A stretch of 64,000 nt of DNA from contig LBOM01000002.1 in NCBI GenBank assembly GCA_000989515.1, forward strand, positions 5,453 through 69,452. Reading direction: 5' to 3'. This document shows positions 55,525 to 64,000 of the stretch, piece by piece; positions within the stretch are counted from its first letter, which is position 1, and each line of letters opens with the position of its first letter. The stretch comes from Candidatus Nomurabacteria bacterium GW2011_GWE1_32_28 (lineage in GTDB: Bacteria; Patescibacteriota; Minisyncoccia; Phycocordibacterales; UBA9973). The notes beneath the pieces are model-generated. The model made no database searches. It had not been told where the DNA came from and worked only from the letters and a program-made list of their open reading frames with translations. The translations under genes and the position numbers were made by a program.

Positions 55525-57039
55525 ATGGTAAAGAAATATTATCCTACGATTGGATTAGAAATACATGCAGAACTAAAAACAAATACAAAGATGTTTTGTA
55601 GTTGTAAAAATAATCCAGATCAAGAAAAACCAAATATAAACATTTGTCCTGTATGTATGGCACATCCAGGAACTTTGCCTGTTATTAATAAAAAAGCAGT
55701 AGAAAATGTTATAAAAGTTGGTTTAGCCATAGATGGTAAAATTGCAAACTTTACAGAATTTGATCGTAAGAATTATTTTTATCCAGATATTCCAAAAGGT
55801 TATCAGATTTCTCAATATAAATATCCTATAGTCTCTGGTGGTCATCTTGCAGATTTTGATGTTACTCGAGTACATCTAGAAGAGGATACTGCTAATAATA
55901 AACACATAAAAGAAACTTTCCCACAAGTTCAACTTGTGGGAAATGGATATTCTCTTATTGACTATAATCGTGCTGGTGTGCCTTTAATGGAGCTTGTCAC
56001 AGAACCTCATACTTTTAAGACTGACGAAGAAGCAGCCAAAGCAACTTCTACTTTTGCTAAAGAACTCCAACTTATACTTTGGTATTTAGGAGTTTCAGAA
56101 GCAAATATGGAAAAAGGTGAGATGCGAGTAGAGGCAAATATTTCTGTCTCTGATGATATAAAAGCTTTTGAGCTCAATAGACCTGTTGGATTGTCTGGAC
56201 GTATGGAAGCTATAGCTTCTCTGGGAACAAAGGTAGAAGTAAAGAATTTGAATTCTTTTAAGAGTGTAGAAAAAGCAATAAAATATGAAGTAGATAGAAT
56301 GATAGAACTTTTAGAAAATGGGAAAGGTTCTGAAATAGTGCAAGAGACTAGGGGTTGGGATGAAGCAAAACAAAAAACATTTTCACAAAGAAAAAAAGAA
56401 TCAAGTCAAGATTATAGATATTTTCCAGATCCTGATTTACCAAAATTAAAATTATATGAAGTTTTCAACTTAGAGGAAATTAGAAAAGATTTATTAGAAC
56501 TTCCTGAACAGAAACGATTGAGATATAAAAAAGATTTTGGAATAAAAGATGAAGATATAGAGAGCTATATTAATGATCCTTTTTTATTAGGTCCTTGGTT
56601 TGAAGATATCGCAAGAATACTTAAAGATAAAGAAAAAATAAAAATTGCTTCAAATTATATCACTTCTGACTTTATTGGTCTTGAAAAAAATGATTCAGAG
56701 GTTAAAAAACCTAGTCCAAAAAACATGGCTGAACTTTCATCTATGATTATGGATTCTTTGATAAGCTCACGTACAGCAAAAAATATTTTAATAAAAATTG
56801 TAAAAAAAGACGAATCACCATTAAAAATTGCAACAGAAAAAGGTTTACTTCAGAAAAATGATGAAGGCTCTATCAAATCTATTGTTGAGAAAATAATAGG
56901 AGAGAATCCTGAAGTTGTGGCTATTTATAAGGGAGGAAAAGAAAATGCAATCATGTCTCTTGTTGGAAAAATTATAAAGGAAAGTAATGGTAGTGCAAAT
57001 CCACAAATAGTTATCAAAATGTTGAAGGATTTGTTATAA
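55525..57039 (+). CDS. gatB: Asp/Glu-tRNA amidotransferase subunit B
   Basis: IGLEIHAEL ... FCSC ... CPVCMAHPG N-terminal signature. C-terminal YqeY-like domain. Confidence 0.9.
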   Translation: MVKKYYPTIGLEIHAELKTNTKMFCSCKNNPDQEKPNINICPVCMAHPGTLPVINKKAVENVIKVGLAIDGKIANFTEFDRKNYFYPDIPKGYQISQYKYPIVSGGHLADFDVTRVHLEEDTANNKHIKETFPQVQLVGNGYSLIDYNRAGVPLMELVTEPHTFKTDEEAAKATSTFAKELQLILWYLGVSEANMEKGEMRVEANISVSDDIKAFELNRPVGLSGRMEAIASLGTKVEVKNLNSFKSVEKAIKYEVDRMIELLENGKGSEIVQETRGWDEAKQKTFSQRKKESSQDYRYFPDPDLPKLKLYEVFNLEEIRKDLLELPEQKRLRYKKDFGIKDEDIESYINDPFLLGPWFEDIARILKDKEKIKIASNYITSDFIGLEKNDSEVKKPSPKNMAELSSMIMDSLISSRTAKNILIKIVKKDESPLKIATEKGLLQKNDEGSIKSIVEKIIGENPEVVAIYKGGKENAIMSLVGKIIKESNGSANPQIVIKMLKDLL

Positions 57040-57046
57040 TAAATAG

Positions 57047-57919
57047 ATGAAGTCACTTGGTGAATATATAAAAGAGGCAGAAGAAAAAGGTGTGGCTATA
57101 GGCCATTTTAATATTTCAAATTTAGAAGGTTTGCATGGTATTTATAATGCAGCAAAGAAGTTAAATGTTCCTGTTATTATTGGTTTATCTGAAGGTGAAG
57201 AAGCTTTTGTTGGGAAAGAAGAAGCTTTTTCTTTAATAAATGCTATTCGTGAAAGGGATGATTACCCAATTTTTTTAAATGCAGATCATCACTATAATTT
57301 TGATTCTGTAAAAGGTGCTATAGATGCTGGATATGATGCAGCTATTATTGATGCTGTAAAATTACCCTTAGAAGAAAATATAGAACTTACAAAAAAATGT
57401 GTTGATTATGCTAAAGAATTTTCAGAGAAAAATAATAAAGATATTTTAATAGAAGCAGAGCTTGGTTTTATTGGAACTTCTTCTAAACTTTTAGATAAAT
57501 TGCCAGATGGAGTCGGAGAAGATACAATGACAAAAGCTGAAGATGCAAAATATTTTGTAGAAAAAACAGGTATTAATTTACTTGCTCCATCTGTCGGCAA
57601 TGTTCATGGTATGGTGAAGGGTGGTAATCCCAAGCTTAATATAACTAGAATAAAAGAAATTCGTGAATCTTCTGGTGTGCCTCTTGTTTTACATGGTGGT
57701 TCTGGAATTTCAGACGAAGATTTTAAAAATGCTATAAAAGCAGGAATATCTATTATTCACATAAATACAGAAATTCGTGTTGCTTACAAGGAAGCATTAG
57801 AAGAATATTTAAAAGAAAATCCAAATGATGTTGCACCTTATAAAATATTACATGGAGCAGTAGATGCTATAGAAAAAGTCGTAGAAGCAAGATTAAGACT
57901 TTTTAATAATTTAGAATAA
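57047..57919 (+). CDS. fba: Class II fructose-bisphosphate aldolase
   Basis: HFNISNLEG, DH..Y, LHGGSG motifs. 290 aa. Confidence 0.85.
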   Translation: MKSLGEYIKEAEEKGVAIGHFNISNLEGLHGIYNAAKKLNVPVIIGLSEGEEAFVGKEEAFSLINAIRERDDYPIFLNADHHYNFDSVKGAIDAGYDAAIIDAVKLPLEENIELTKKCVDYAKEFSEKNNKDILIEAELGFIGTSSKLLDKLPDGVGEDTMTKAEDAKYFVEKTGINLLAPSVGNVHGMVKGGNPKLNITRIKEIRESSGVPLVLHGGSGISDEDFKNAIKAGISIIHINTEIRVAYKEALEEYLKENPNDVAPYKILHGAVDAIEKVVEARLRLFNNLE

Positions 57920-58055
57920 AAAATGTTTTCACAAATATTCAATCAAATCAAAAACTTTTTACACCTGTTCCAGATATTTTTTGATTAAAAAAGTTTATTG
58001 TATATTTTACTTTTATTTGAACTTAGATATTCATATTAAAATGATAATATAAAAT

Positions 58056-58083
58056 TTGCATTTTAAAAAAATTCGGGTATACT
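58056..58083 (+). promoter_or_regulatory. Sigma-70-like promoter (TTGCAT-16-TATACT) for rplY
   Basis: Hexamers at 58056-58061 and 58078-58083. ATG at 58091. Confidence 0.5.
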
Positions 58084-58090
58084 TTGATTT

Positions 58091-58738
58091 ATGTTTACAA
58101 TTAAGGCTACAAAAAGAGAAGAGGGTATAAAGACAGATACTTTAAAGAGCAATGGACAGATTCCAGCTGTTTTTTATGGAGCAGGAAGTAAGACTACTTC
58201 TATTTCTATCTCAATTATTGATTTCAAAAAAATCTGGCGTGAAGCAGGAGAATCTTCTACTGTTAAGGTGACTGTAGATGGTAAGAGTGTTGATGCACTT
58301 ATACATGAAGTTCAGGTACATCCTATTACAGAAGAACCTTTACATGTAGATTTTCTAGTTGTAGATATGAATAAGAAGATAGAAGTTGGTGTACCTCTTG
58401 AATTTATAGGTATATCTAATGCAGTTAAAAATGGATCAGGTAATCTTGTTAAAGTACTACATGAAGTAGAAATTGAGGCATTACCAAAAGATCTTCCACA
58501 TAAACTAGAAGTGGATTTATCAAAACTTGAAACAACAGAAAGTCAGATTTTTGTTTCTGATATTAAATTACCATCTGGTGTTGTTATGATTACTGACCTA
58601 GAAGAGGTTGTAGCTTCTATTATTCTTCAAGTAGAAGAAAAAGAGGAAGTCTCTTCAATTGATTTATCTACAATAGAAGTTGAAAAGAAAGGTAAGAAAG
58701 AAGAAGAAGCTGTTGATACTACCGTAGAAACTAAATAA
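58091..58738 (+). CDS. rplY: 50S ribosomal protein L25/general stress protein Ctc
   Basis: N-terminal L25 beta-barrel (KREEGIKTDTLKSNGQIPAVFYGAG) plus acidic C-terminal Ctc-type extension. Confidence 0.85.
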   Translation: MFTIKATKREEGIKTDTLKSNGQIPAVFYGAGSKTTSISISIIDFKKIWREAGESSTVKVTVDGKSVDALIHEVQVHPITEEPLHVDFLVVDMNKKIEVGVPLEFIGISNAVKNGSGNLVKVLHEVEIEALPKDLPHKLEVDLSKLETTESQIFVSDIKLPSGVVMITDLEEVVASIILQVEEKEEVSSIDLSTIEVEKKGKKEEEAVDTTVETK

Positions 58739-58770
58739 ACTATTTTTTTAATTATGTTATAATAAAAGCT

Positions 58771-60150
58771 ATGGCCAGAAAGACAGTTATAGCTTTTTTT
58801 ATTACAGTTTTTATCATAGTATCTTTAATATTTAAGACGTCTAATAGTGTAGATGCTTCTTTTGATTGTCTTACTTTAAACAACTTTTCTTCTGAAATAG
58901 ATAAAAATTTTTGTAGGAATGAACTTGTTCAGATAGAAGCCCAACTCGCTGATTTATTAAATAAACAAAAAGAACAACAAAAACAGACAGGTACATTGAA
59001 GGGTGATGTAACTTATTTAGCTAGTCAAATAAATGCACTAAAAACAAAAGTTAAAGCTAGAGCTTTGAAAATTGCTCAGCTTAAAGTAGATATAAAAGAC
59101 AAGGTTGTTAAGATAGATACCCTATCAGAAAAGATAAATCGTGAACATGAATCTCTAGCTCAATTATTACGAAATACAAATGATTTTGATAATCAAGATT
59201 TTATATATTTAATTTTTTCTGATGAAAGCCTTTCTAGTTTTTATAATGATCTTGAATCTTATGATTCTATCAAACAAGCAATAAAAACATCTGTTGATCA
59301 AATTAGAGGAATAAAAAGTGAGACAGAAGTACAAAAAAAAGACCTAGAAACAAAACAAGATGCAGAAACTAACGCAAAAGTGGAACTTGAAATTGCTCAG
59401 AAGAAGATTGCTCAAAGTGAATTAGAAAAGAAAAAACTTTTAGATATAAGTAAACAAAAAGAAAGTGAATATGAAAAACTCGCAGCTGAAAAAAAAGCAA
59501 GAGCAGAGAAGATTCGTTCTGCCTTGTTTCCACTTCGTGATGCAAAAGCTATACCGTTTGGCACAGCCTTAGAATATGCACGAGAAGCTGAAAAAATAAC
59601 AGGAGTTCGCCCAGCATTTGTTTTAGCTATTTTAAAACAAGAAACTAATCTAGGAGCCAATGTAGGTTCGTGTGTTATAACCAATCTTTCTACTGGCGAA
59701 ACAAAAAGTCAAAATTCAGATAAAGTTTTTGCTAAAGGTATTCATCCTACTCGTGATTTGCCTCTTTTACAAGAAATAGTTAAAGAACTTGGAAGAAATC
59801 CTCTTAGCACCGTGGTCTCTTGTCCACAATCAGTGGGTTATGGTGGAGCAATGGGTCCTGCACAATTTATTCCATCAACATGGGACTTGATTAAATCACA
59901 GATAGCAAAAGCTGTAGGTAAAACGGTCCCTGATCCTTGGAATCCTCTTGATGCAATTATGGCATCTTCTATTTTACTTAAAGGAAATGGTGCAGGATCT
60001 CAAACCTATACAGCAGAAAGAGATGCTGCCTGTAGATATTATTCTGGAAGAAAATGTTCTGATCCATCTGTAAAAAATGCTTTTTATGGAAATTCTGTTA
60101 TGGCCATTGCTGCAAAAATCCAAACAGATATAGATTTGCTTTCAATCTAA
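58771..60150 (+). CDS. Membrane-anchored coiled-coil protein with C-terminal MltB-type lytic transglycosylase domain
   Basis: N-terminal TM, about 250 aa coiled coil, then AFVLAILKQETNLG and GGAMGPAQFIPSTW matching the MltB/Slt35 catalytic-domain motifs. Confidence 0.65.
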   Translation: MARKTVIAFFITVFIIVSLIFKTSNSVDASFDCLTLNNFSSEIDKNFCRNELVQIEAQLADLLNKQKEQQKQTGTLKGDVTYLASQINALKTKVKARALKIAQLKVDIKDKVVKIDTLSEKINREHESLAQLLRNTNDFDNQDFIYLIFSDESLSSFYNDLESYDSIKQAIKTSVDQIRGIKSETEVQKKDLETKQDAETNAKVELEIAQKKIAQSELEKKKLLDISKQKESEYEKLAAEKKARAEKIRSALFPLRDAKAIPFGTALEYAREAEKITGVRPAFVLAILKQETNLGANVGSCVITNLSTGETKSQNSDKVFAKGIHPTRDLPLLQEIVKELGRNPLSTVVSCPQSVGYGGAMGPAQFIPSTWDLIKSQIAKAVGKTVPDPWNPLDAIMASSILLKGNGAGSQTYTAERDAACRYYSGRKCSDPSVKNAFYGNSVMAIAAKIQTDIDLLSI

Positions 60151-60267
60151 TATTATGATAATATGATAAAAGAAAATTCAAAAGATTTCTGAGTCTTAGT
60201 CCTTGGAGTCCGTGAGAACAGGGGACTAACACGACTCTTAAAATCTTTTAATTTTCTTTTTAAATTT

Positions 60268-60486
60268 ATGAAAAAAGATATACACCCAAAATTTGACGTT
60301 AAAGCTAAAGCTACTTGTGTATGTGGATCTGTTTTTGAAGTAGGTTCAACAATATCTGAAATAAAAATGGAAATTTGTAGTCATTGCCATCCTTTTTATA
60401 CTGGTAATGAAAAAGTTATGGATACCGCTGGACGCGTAGAACGTTTCAATAAGCGTCGTGCTTTAGTTGCAAAAGCTAAAAAGTAA
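60268..60486 (+). CDS. rpmE: 50S ribosomal protein L31
   Basis: MKKDIHPKF N-terminus, CxxC ... CSHCHPFYTG zinc ribbon. Confidence 0.9.
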   Translation: MKKDIHPKFDVKAKATCVCGSVFEVGSTISEIKMEICSHCHPFYTGNEKVMDTAGRVERFNKRRALVAKAKK

Positions 60487-60628
60487 CTTAATAATTACCA
60501 AGCTCTTTCTTGGCATACTTTTTATAAAGCACAAAAATTTTCTACTAAAAATTTTCTCTGTCCGTCGCCGTCGCTCCTACCAAGGCTTTCTAAAAAATAC
60601 GCCTGCAACGAGCTTATAATATATCTAT

Positions 60629-61597
60629 ATGAGCTTTGATCTAGAAGAACTTAAAAAGAATCACAACACCAATTATTTTGCTGGTGTTTTAGAACGTCTT
60701 TTACTTGAAGAAGAACAAGCACGAGAGATGATGGGTGGAGATGATGATTTGCATGAAATGGCCTCTTTAGAACTTAAATCTATACAAGAGCAAAGAGAAA
60801 TTATAGAAAAACAAATTCAAGATATTTTAGATAAAGACATTGAAGAAGAAGAAATGGCAAATGAGGTTGTATTAGAAGTACGTGCTGGAGCTGGAGGAGA
60901 CGAAGCTTCTCTTTTTGCTTGGGAGCTTGCACATATGTATGAATTATTTTCTGTAATGAAAGGTTGGCAATGGAAAACTAATTATGAATCAAAAAGTGAA
61001 TTAGGTGGATATAAAGAAGCGAGTTTTGAAATAAAAGGTAGAGATGTTTATAAAATGATGCGCTATGAGACAGGAGTACATAGAGTACAAAGAACACCTG
61101 CAACAGAAAAGAATGGAAGAGTTCACACTTCTACATCATCGGTAGCAGTACTTCCTATTAGGAAAAAAGTTTTATTTGAAATTAATCCAGCTGATTTGGA
61201 TATGGAATATTCTCGATCAGGAGGAAAAGGTGGACAGAATGTAAACAAGGTTGAAACAGCTGTGCGACTTATTCATAAACCAACTGGTCTAGATGTCCGT
61301 TCTACTAATGAAAGAAGTCAGCTCGCAAACCGTGAAAAAGCATTAATGATTTTAACAGCAAAACTTCAGCAACTTAAAGAAGAAGAAGAAGCTAAAAAAT
61401 ATGCAGGTGTTCGCAAAGATCAAATAGGTACAGGAGATAGATCAGAGAAAATTCGTACATATAATTTCTCACAAGATCGTGTTACAGATCATCGTATCAA
61501 AAAATCTTGGCATAATTTACCAAAAATAATGGGAGGATATATGCAAGAAATTGTAGACGCTATTCAATCTGGCGAAACAGGGGATGAAGAGGAATAA
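60629..61597 (+). CDS. prfA: Peptide chain release factor 1 (short N-terminus)
   Basis: GGQ motif (SGGKGGQNVNK) and PAT tripeptide (RTPATEKNGRVHTS) diagnostic of RF1. Confidence 0.8.
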   Translation: MSFDLEELKKNHNTNYFAGVLERLLLEEEQAREMMGGDDDLHEMASLELKSIQEQREIIEKQIQDILDKDIEEEEMANEVVLEVRAGAGGDEASLFAWELAHMYELFSVMKGWQWKTNYESKSELGGYKEASFEIKGRDVYKMMRYETGVHRVQRTPATEKNGRVHTSTSSVAVLPIRKKVLFEINPADLDMEYSRSGGKGGQNVNKVETAVRLIHKPTGLDVRSTNERSQLANREKALMILTAKLQQLKEEEEAKKYAGVRKDQIGTGDRSEKIRTYNFSQDRVTDHRIKKSWHNLPKIMGGYMQEIVDAIQSGETGDEEE

Positions 61598-61796
61598 AAT
61601 TTTGCTTTTTGTTTATCTATATGTAATACTTATTGTGTAGTTTCTTCAAGAGCTTTTTTGTTTTAATTGTGAGGTTTGATTTAGTTTAAGCATCAAAAAG
61701 ATCATTGAGCGACGAGGGTATCTACGTTCTAATCTAGAGTTAGAACATTATAATTAGTTTTTGCTTGTTTTTTAAAAAACAAGAGAAGTAAATAGT

Positions 61797-62120
61797 ATGG
61801 CTACAAAGCTATATGTAGGGGGACTCCCTTACAGTGTACAAGAAGATGCTCTTAAAGAGCTTTTCGCACAAGCAGGTTCAGTTACATCTGCTGTGATTAT
61901 AATGGATAAGATGTCAGGTCGTTCAAAAGGTTTTGGATTCGTAGAGATGGCAACAGAAGATGAAGCACAAGGTGCTATTTCTATGTTCAATGAACAAGAA
62001 TTCGAAGGACGTAAACTTACAGTAAATGAGGCTCGCCCAATGGAAGCTCGTCCACCAAGACAAAGTGGTGGTGGATATGGTGGTGGAAATAGTCATGGTG
62101 GTGGACGCCGAGAATACTAA
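61797..62120 (+). CDS. RRM-type glycine-rich RNA-binding protein
   Basis: RNP-2 LYVGGL, RNP-1 KGFGFVEM, Gly-rich tail GGGYGGGNSHGGGRR. Confidence 0.85.
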   Translation: MATKLYVGGLPYSVQEDALKELFAQAGSVTSAVIIMDKMSGRSKGFGFVEMATEDEAQGAISMFNEQEFEGRKLTVNEARPMEARPPRQSGGGYGGGNSHGGGRREY

Positions 62121-62142
62121 TATTTAATTAGTTTTTTAAAAA

Positions 62143-62175
62143 AGAGCCTTAGTTGAAAAATTAAGGCTCTTTTTC
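62143..62175 (+). terminator. Intrinsic terminator after RRM protein gene
   Basis: agagcctta gttgaaaaat taaggctct + ttttctttt. Confidence 0.8.
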
Positions 62176-62238
62176 TTTTTTACTAATTTGCATAAAATAG
62201 ATACTTTTGTTATATTTTATTGGGTTGATAAGAATTTA

Positions 62239-62310
62239 GGGCGTGTAGTTCAGTGGTAGAACGCTGTCCTGATAAGACAGAGGTCGTAGGTCCGATTCCT
62301 ACCACGCCCA
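62239..62310 (+). tRNA. tRNA-Ile (anticodon GAT)
   Basis: gggcgtgtagttcagtggtagaacg ... ctGATaa ... ggtccgattcc ... cacgccc a. Confidence 0.85.
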
Positions 62311-62386
62311 CATGGAGATAAATAAAAACGAAAATAATAATTTATCCCAGACAAAACCAAATGGAGGGATTTGGTGGAAACCAGCA

Positions 62387-62626
62387 ATGGAGATATTTAG
62401 CGAGATATCAACATGGATTGCATTTCCTATAATAATGGCTGTTATGGGAGGTAAAATTTTAGATGAACATTATGGTACAAAGCCTTTTTTTCTTCTAGCA
62501 CTTACTGGTTTAGCTTTTTTAATATCATCTTATGGTATAGTAAAAGCTGTAAAAAAATATTCAGCTAAAACTCGCCTGAATGATGAAGTCGGGCAGGTAA
62601 AAAAAGAAGAAGAAAATAATTTATGA
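62387..62626 (+). CDS. atpZ: AtpZ/AtpI-family small membrane protein preceding ATP synthase genes
   Basis: Two TM helices immediately upstream of atpB. The longest ORF begins at 62312, 2 nt after tRNA-Ile, so the internal Met at 62387 is the more plausible start. Confidence 0.5.
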   Translation: MEIFSEISTWIAFPIIMAVMGGKILDEHYGTKPFFLLALTGLAFLISSYGIVKAVKKYSAKTRLNDEVGQVKKEEENNL

Positions 62627-63573
62627 CACAAGAAGAAAATATAATAATAAAATTAGAAGAATCAGCTGATAATATACATAGCCAAGAAGGAGAAGAACAG
62701 ATATCTCACGAATCTACTCTTTTTGCTGAACCCATTTATCACTATGGAAATTTTACAATTACAAATGCTTTATTTACTAGTTGGATGGCTGTAATTGTTA
62801 TTATTGTTTTATCTTTTATAATTAGAAAAAAACTTAAAGAAATTCCTACAGGAATTCAAAATTTTATTGAAGTTATAGTAGAAGGTGCTTTATCTTTGTG
62901 TGATCAAGTTACAAATGATAGAGCATTATCTTTAAAGATTTTTCCGATTGCAATTTCTGTTTTCTTTTTTATTCTTGTAAATAATTGGTTTGGGATTCTT
63001 CCATTGGGATGGATGGGGATTATAGAAAAAGGAAAAGAAGGACTTGTGTTTGTACCTTATTTTAGAGGTGGAACAGCAGATATAAATACTACTATAGCTC
63101 TATCTATAATGGCTGTAGTCGGGGCGAATATTTTTGGAGTTTTTTCTATAGGATTATGGAAAACTTTTAACAAGTATGTTAATCTAAATGTACTTGGACA
63201 AATAGGCAAGAAGATTCGTAAAGATCCTACAATTATATTAGTTGCTCCAATTACGTTCTTTGTTGGTTTAATTGAAATTGTTGGTGAATTAGCGAAAGTG
63301 GCTTCATTGTCTTTTCGTCTTTTTGGTAATGTTTTTGCAGGAGAAGTATTGTTGGTCTCTATGGCAACACTTGTAGCATATGTAGTTCCAATACCATTTC
63401 TTTTTTTAGAAATACTTGTAGGAGTAATTCAAGCACTTATTTTTTCAATTTTATTAGTTGTTTATTTTACTATAAGTGCGTCTGATCATGACGAAGAGCA
63501 TGGTGAAAATAAACATAGTGAAGATATAAAAGAAGTTAAAGTTATAAATGAACAAAAAGTTTTGTCAGTATAA
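62623..63573 (+). CDS. atpB: F0F1 ATP synthase subunit a
   Basis: SLSFRLFGNVFAGE conserved Arg-containing helix. Five to six TM helices. Confidence 0.9.
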   Translation: MTQEENIIIKLEESADNIHSQEGEEQISHESTLFAEPIYHYGNFTITNALFTSWMAVIVIIVLSFIIRKKLKEIPTGIQNFIEVIVEGALSLCDQVTNDRALSLKIFPIAISVFFFILVNNWFGILPLGWMGIIEKGKEGLVFVPYFRGGTADINTTIALSIMAVVGANIFGVFSIGLWKTFNKYVNLNVLGQIGKKIRKDPTIILVAPITFFVGLIEIVGELAKVASLSFRLFGNVFAGEVLLVSMATLVAYVVPIPFLFLEILVGVIQALIFSILLVVYFTISASDHDEEHGENKHSEDIKEVKVINEQKVLSV

Positions 63574-63663
63574 AAAGTGGGCGTATATACTTTGGATATA
63601 TAAAAATGTATCTAAAGTATATCTGCTCTCTTAATCGAAAGAGAGAAGATCATTATTAATTAA

Positions 63664-63888
<225 letters not shown>

Positions 63889-64000
63889 TTGGTAGTTAGA
63901 AGATTTAAAATTTAAAAATTTTTAATTTTTAAATCTTTTATACTGCTCGTTATATACGAGTATTGTATTATTAATTTAAAAAATTTTAATTTTCTATGGA

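Overview
This 64 kb window is AT-rich (about 30% GC by eye), gene-dense, uses the standard genetic code and consists almost entirely of housekeeping genes. About 70 ORFs and 8 tRNAs are supportable. Genome size and some gene architectures point to a small-genome, possibly CPR/Patescibacteria-like bacterium; that is inference only.

Main content:
- Cell envelope and division: murJ; a mraZ-rsmH-ftsL-ftsI-murF dcw cluster; ftsA-ftsZ; FtsB/DivIC-like protein; GtrA; GlmU N-terminal-domain-only protein; a coiled-coil protein with an MltB-type lytic transglycosylase domain.
- Translation: lepA, valS, lysS, gatB, obg, prfA, def, ybeY, rpsU, rplY, rpmE, tsaD.
- Metabolism and energy: eno, ppsA, fba, a glycerate kinase, a D-2-hydroxyacid dehydrogenase, a K+-type H+-pyrophosphatase, atpZ-atpB-atpE.
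- Regulation and stress: a znuACB-like metal uptake operon divergent from a Fur-family (Zur-like) regulator; trxB; Hsp20; an RRM RNA-binding protein; rmuC plus a DnaQ-like exonuclease; a PIF1-like helicase next to a tRNA cluster.

Most unusual features:
1. A roughly 125 nt GC-rich structured RNA element, followed by an intrinsic terminator hairpin, directly upstream (minus strand) of a 700 aa extremely acidic low-complexity protein. That gene heads a minus-strand cluster encoding a Clp-type AAA+ protein with a degenerate D1 Walker B (DN instead of DE), a small acidic protein and a VirD4/TraD-like P-loop ATPase. This is a candidate uncharacterised system with riboswitch-like architecture.
2. 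A dispersed ~40 nt GC-rich motif with three copies: two sit about 30 nt upstream of obg and rpmE, and one is a 51 nt in-frame insertion inside rsmH.
3. A pair of ~78 bp near-identical inverted repeats 55.6 kb apart (after lepA and after rpmE).
4. A GC-rich, palindromic, in-frame ~40 codon insertion in tsaD that carries a partial duplication of the FSFSG motif.
5. The mraZ upstream region carries GTGGG direct repeats at 10 bp periodicity (MraZ-box-like) and a perfect DnaA box inside a hairpin.

No CRISPR array, rRNA gene or classical transposase gene was seen.
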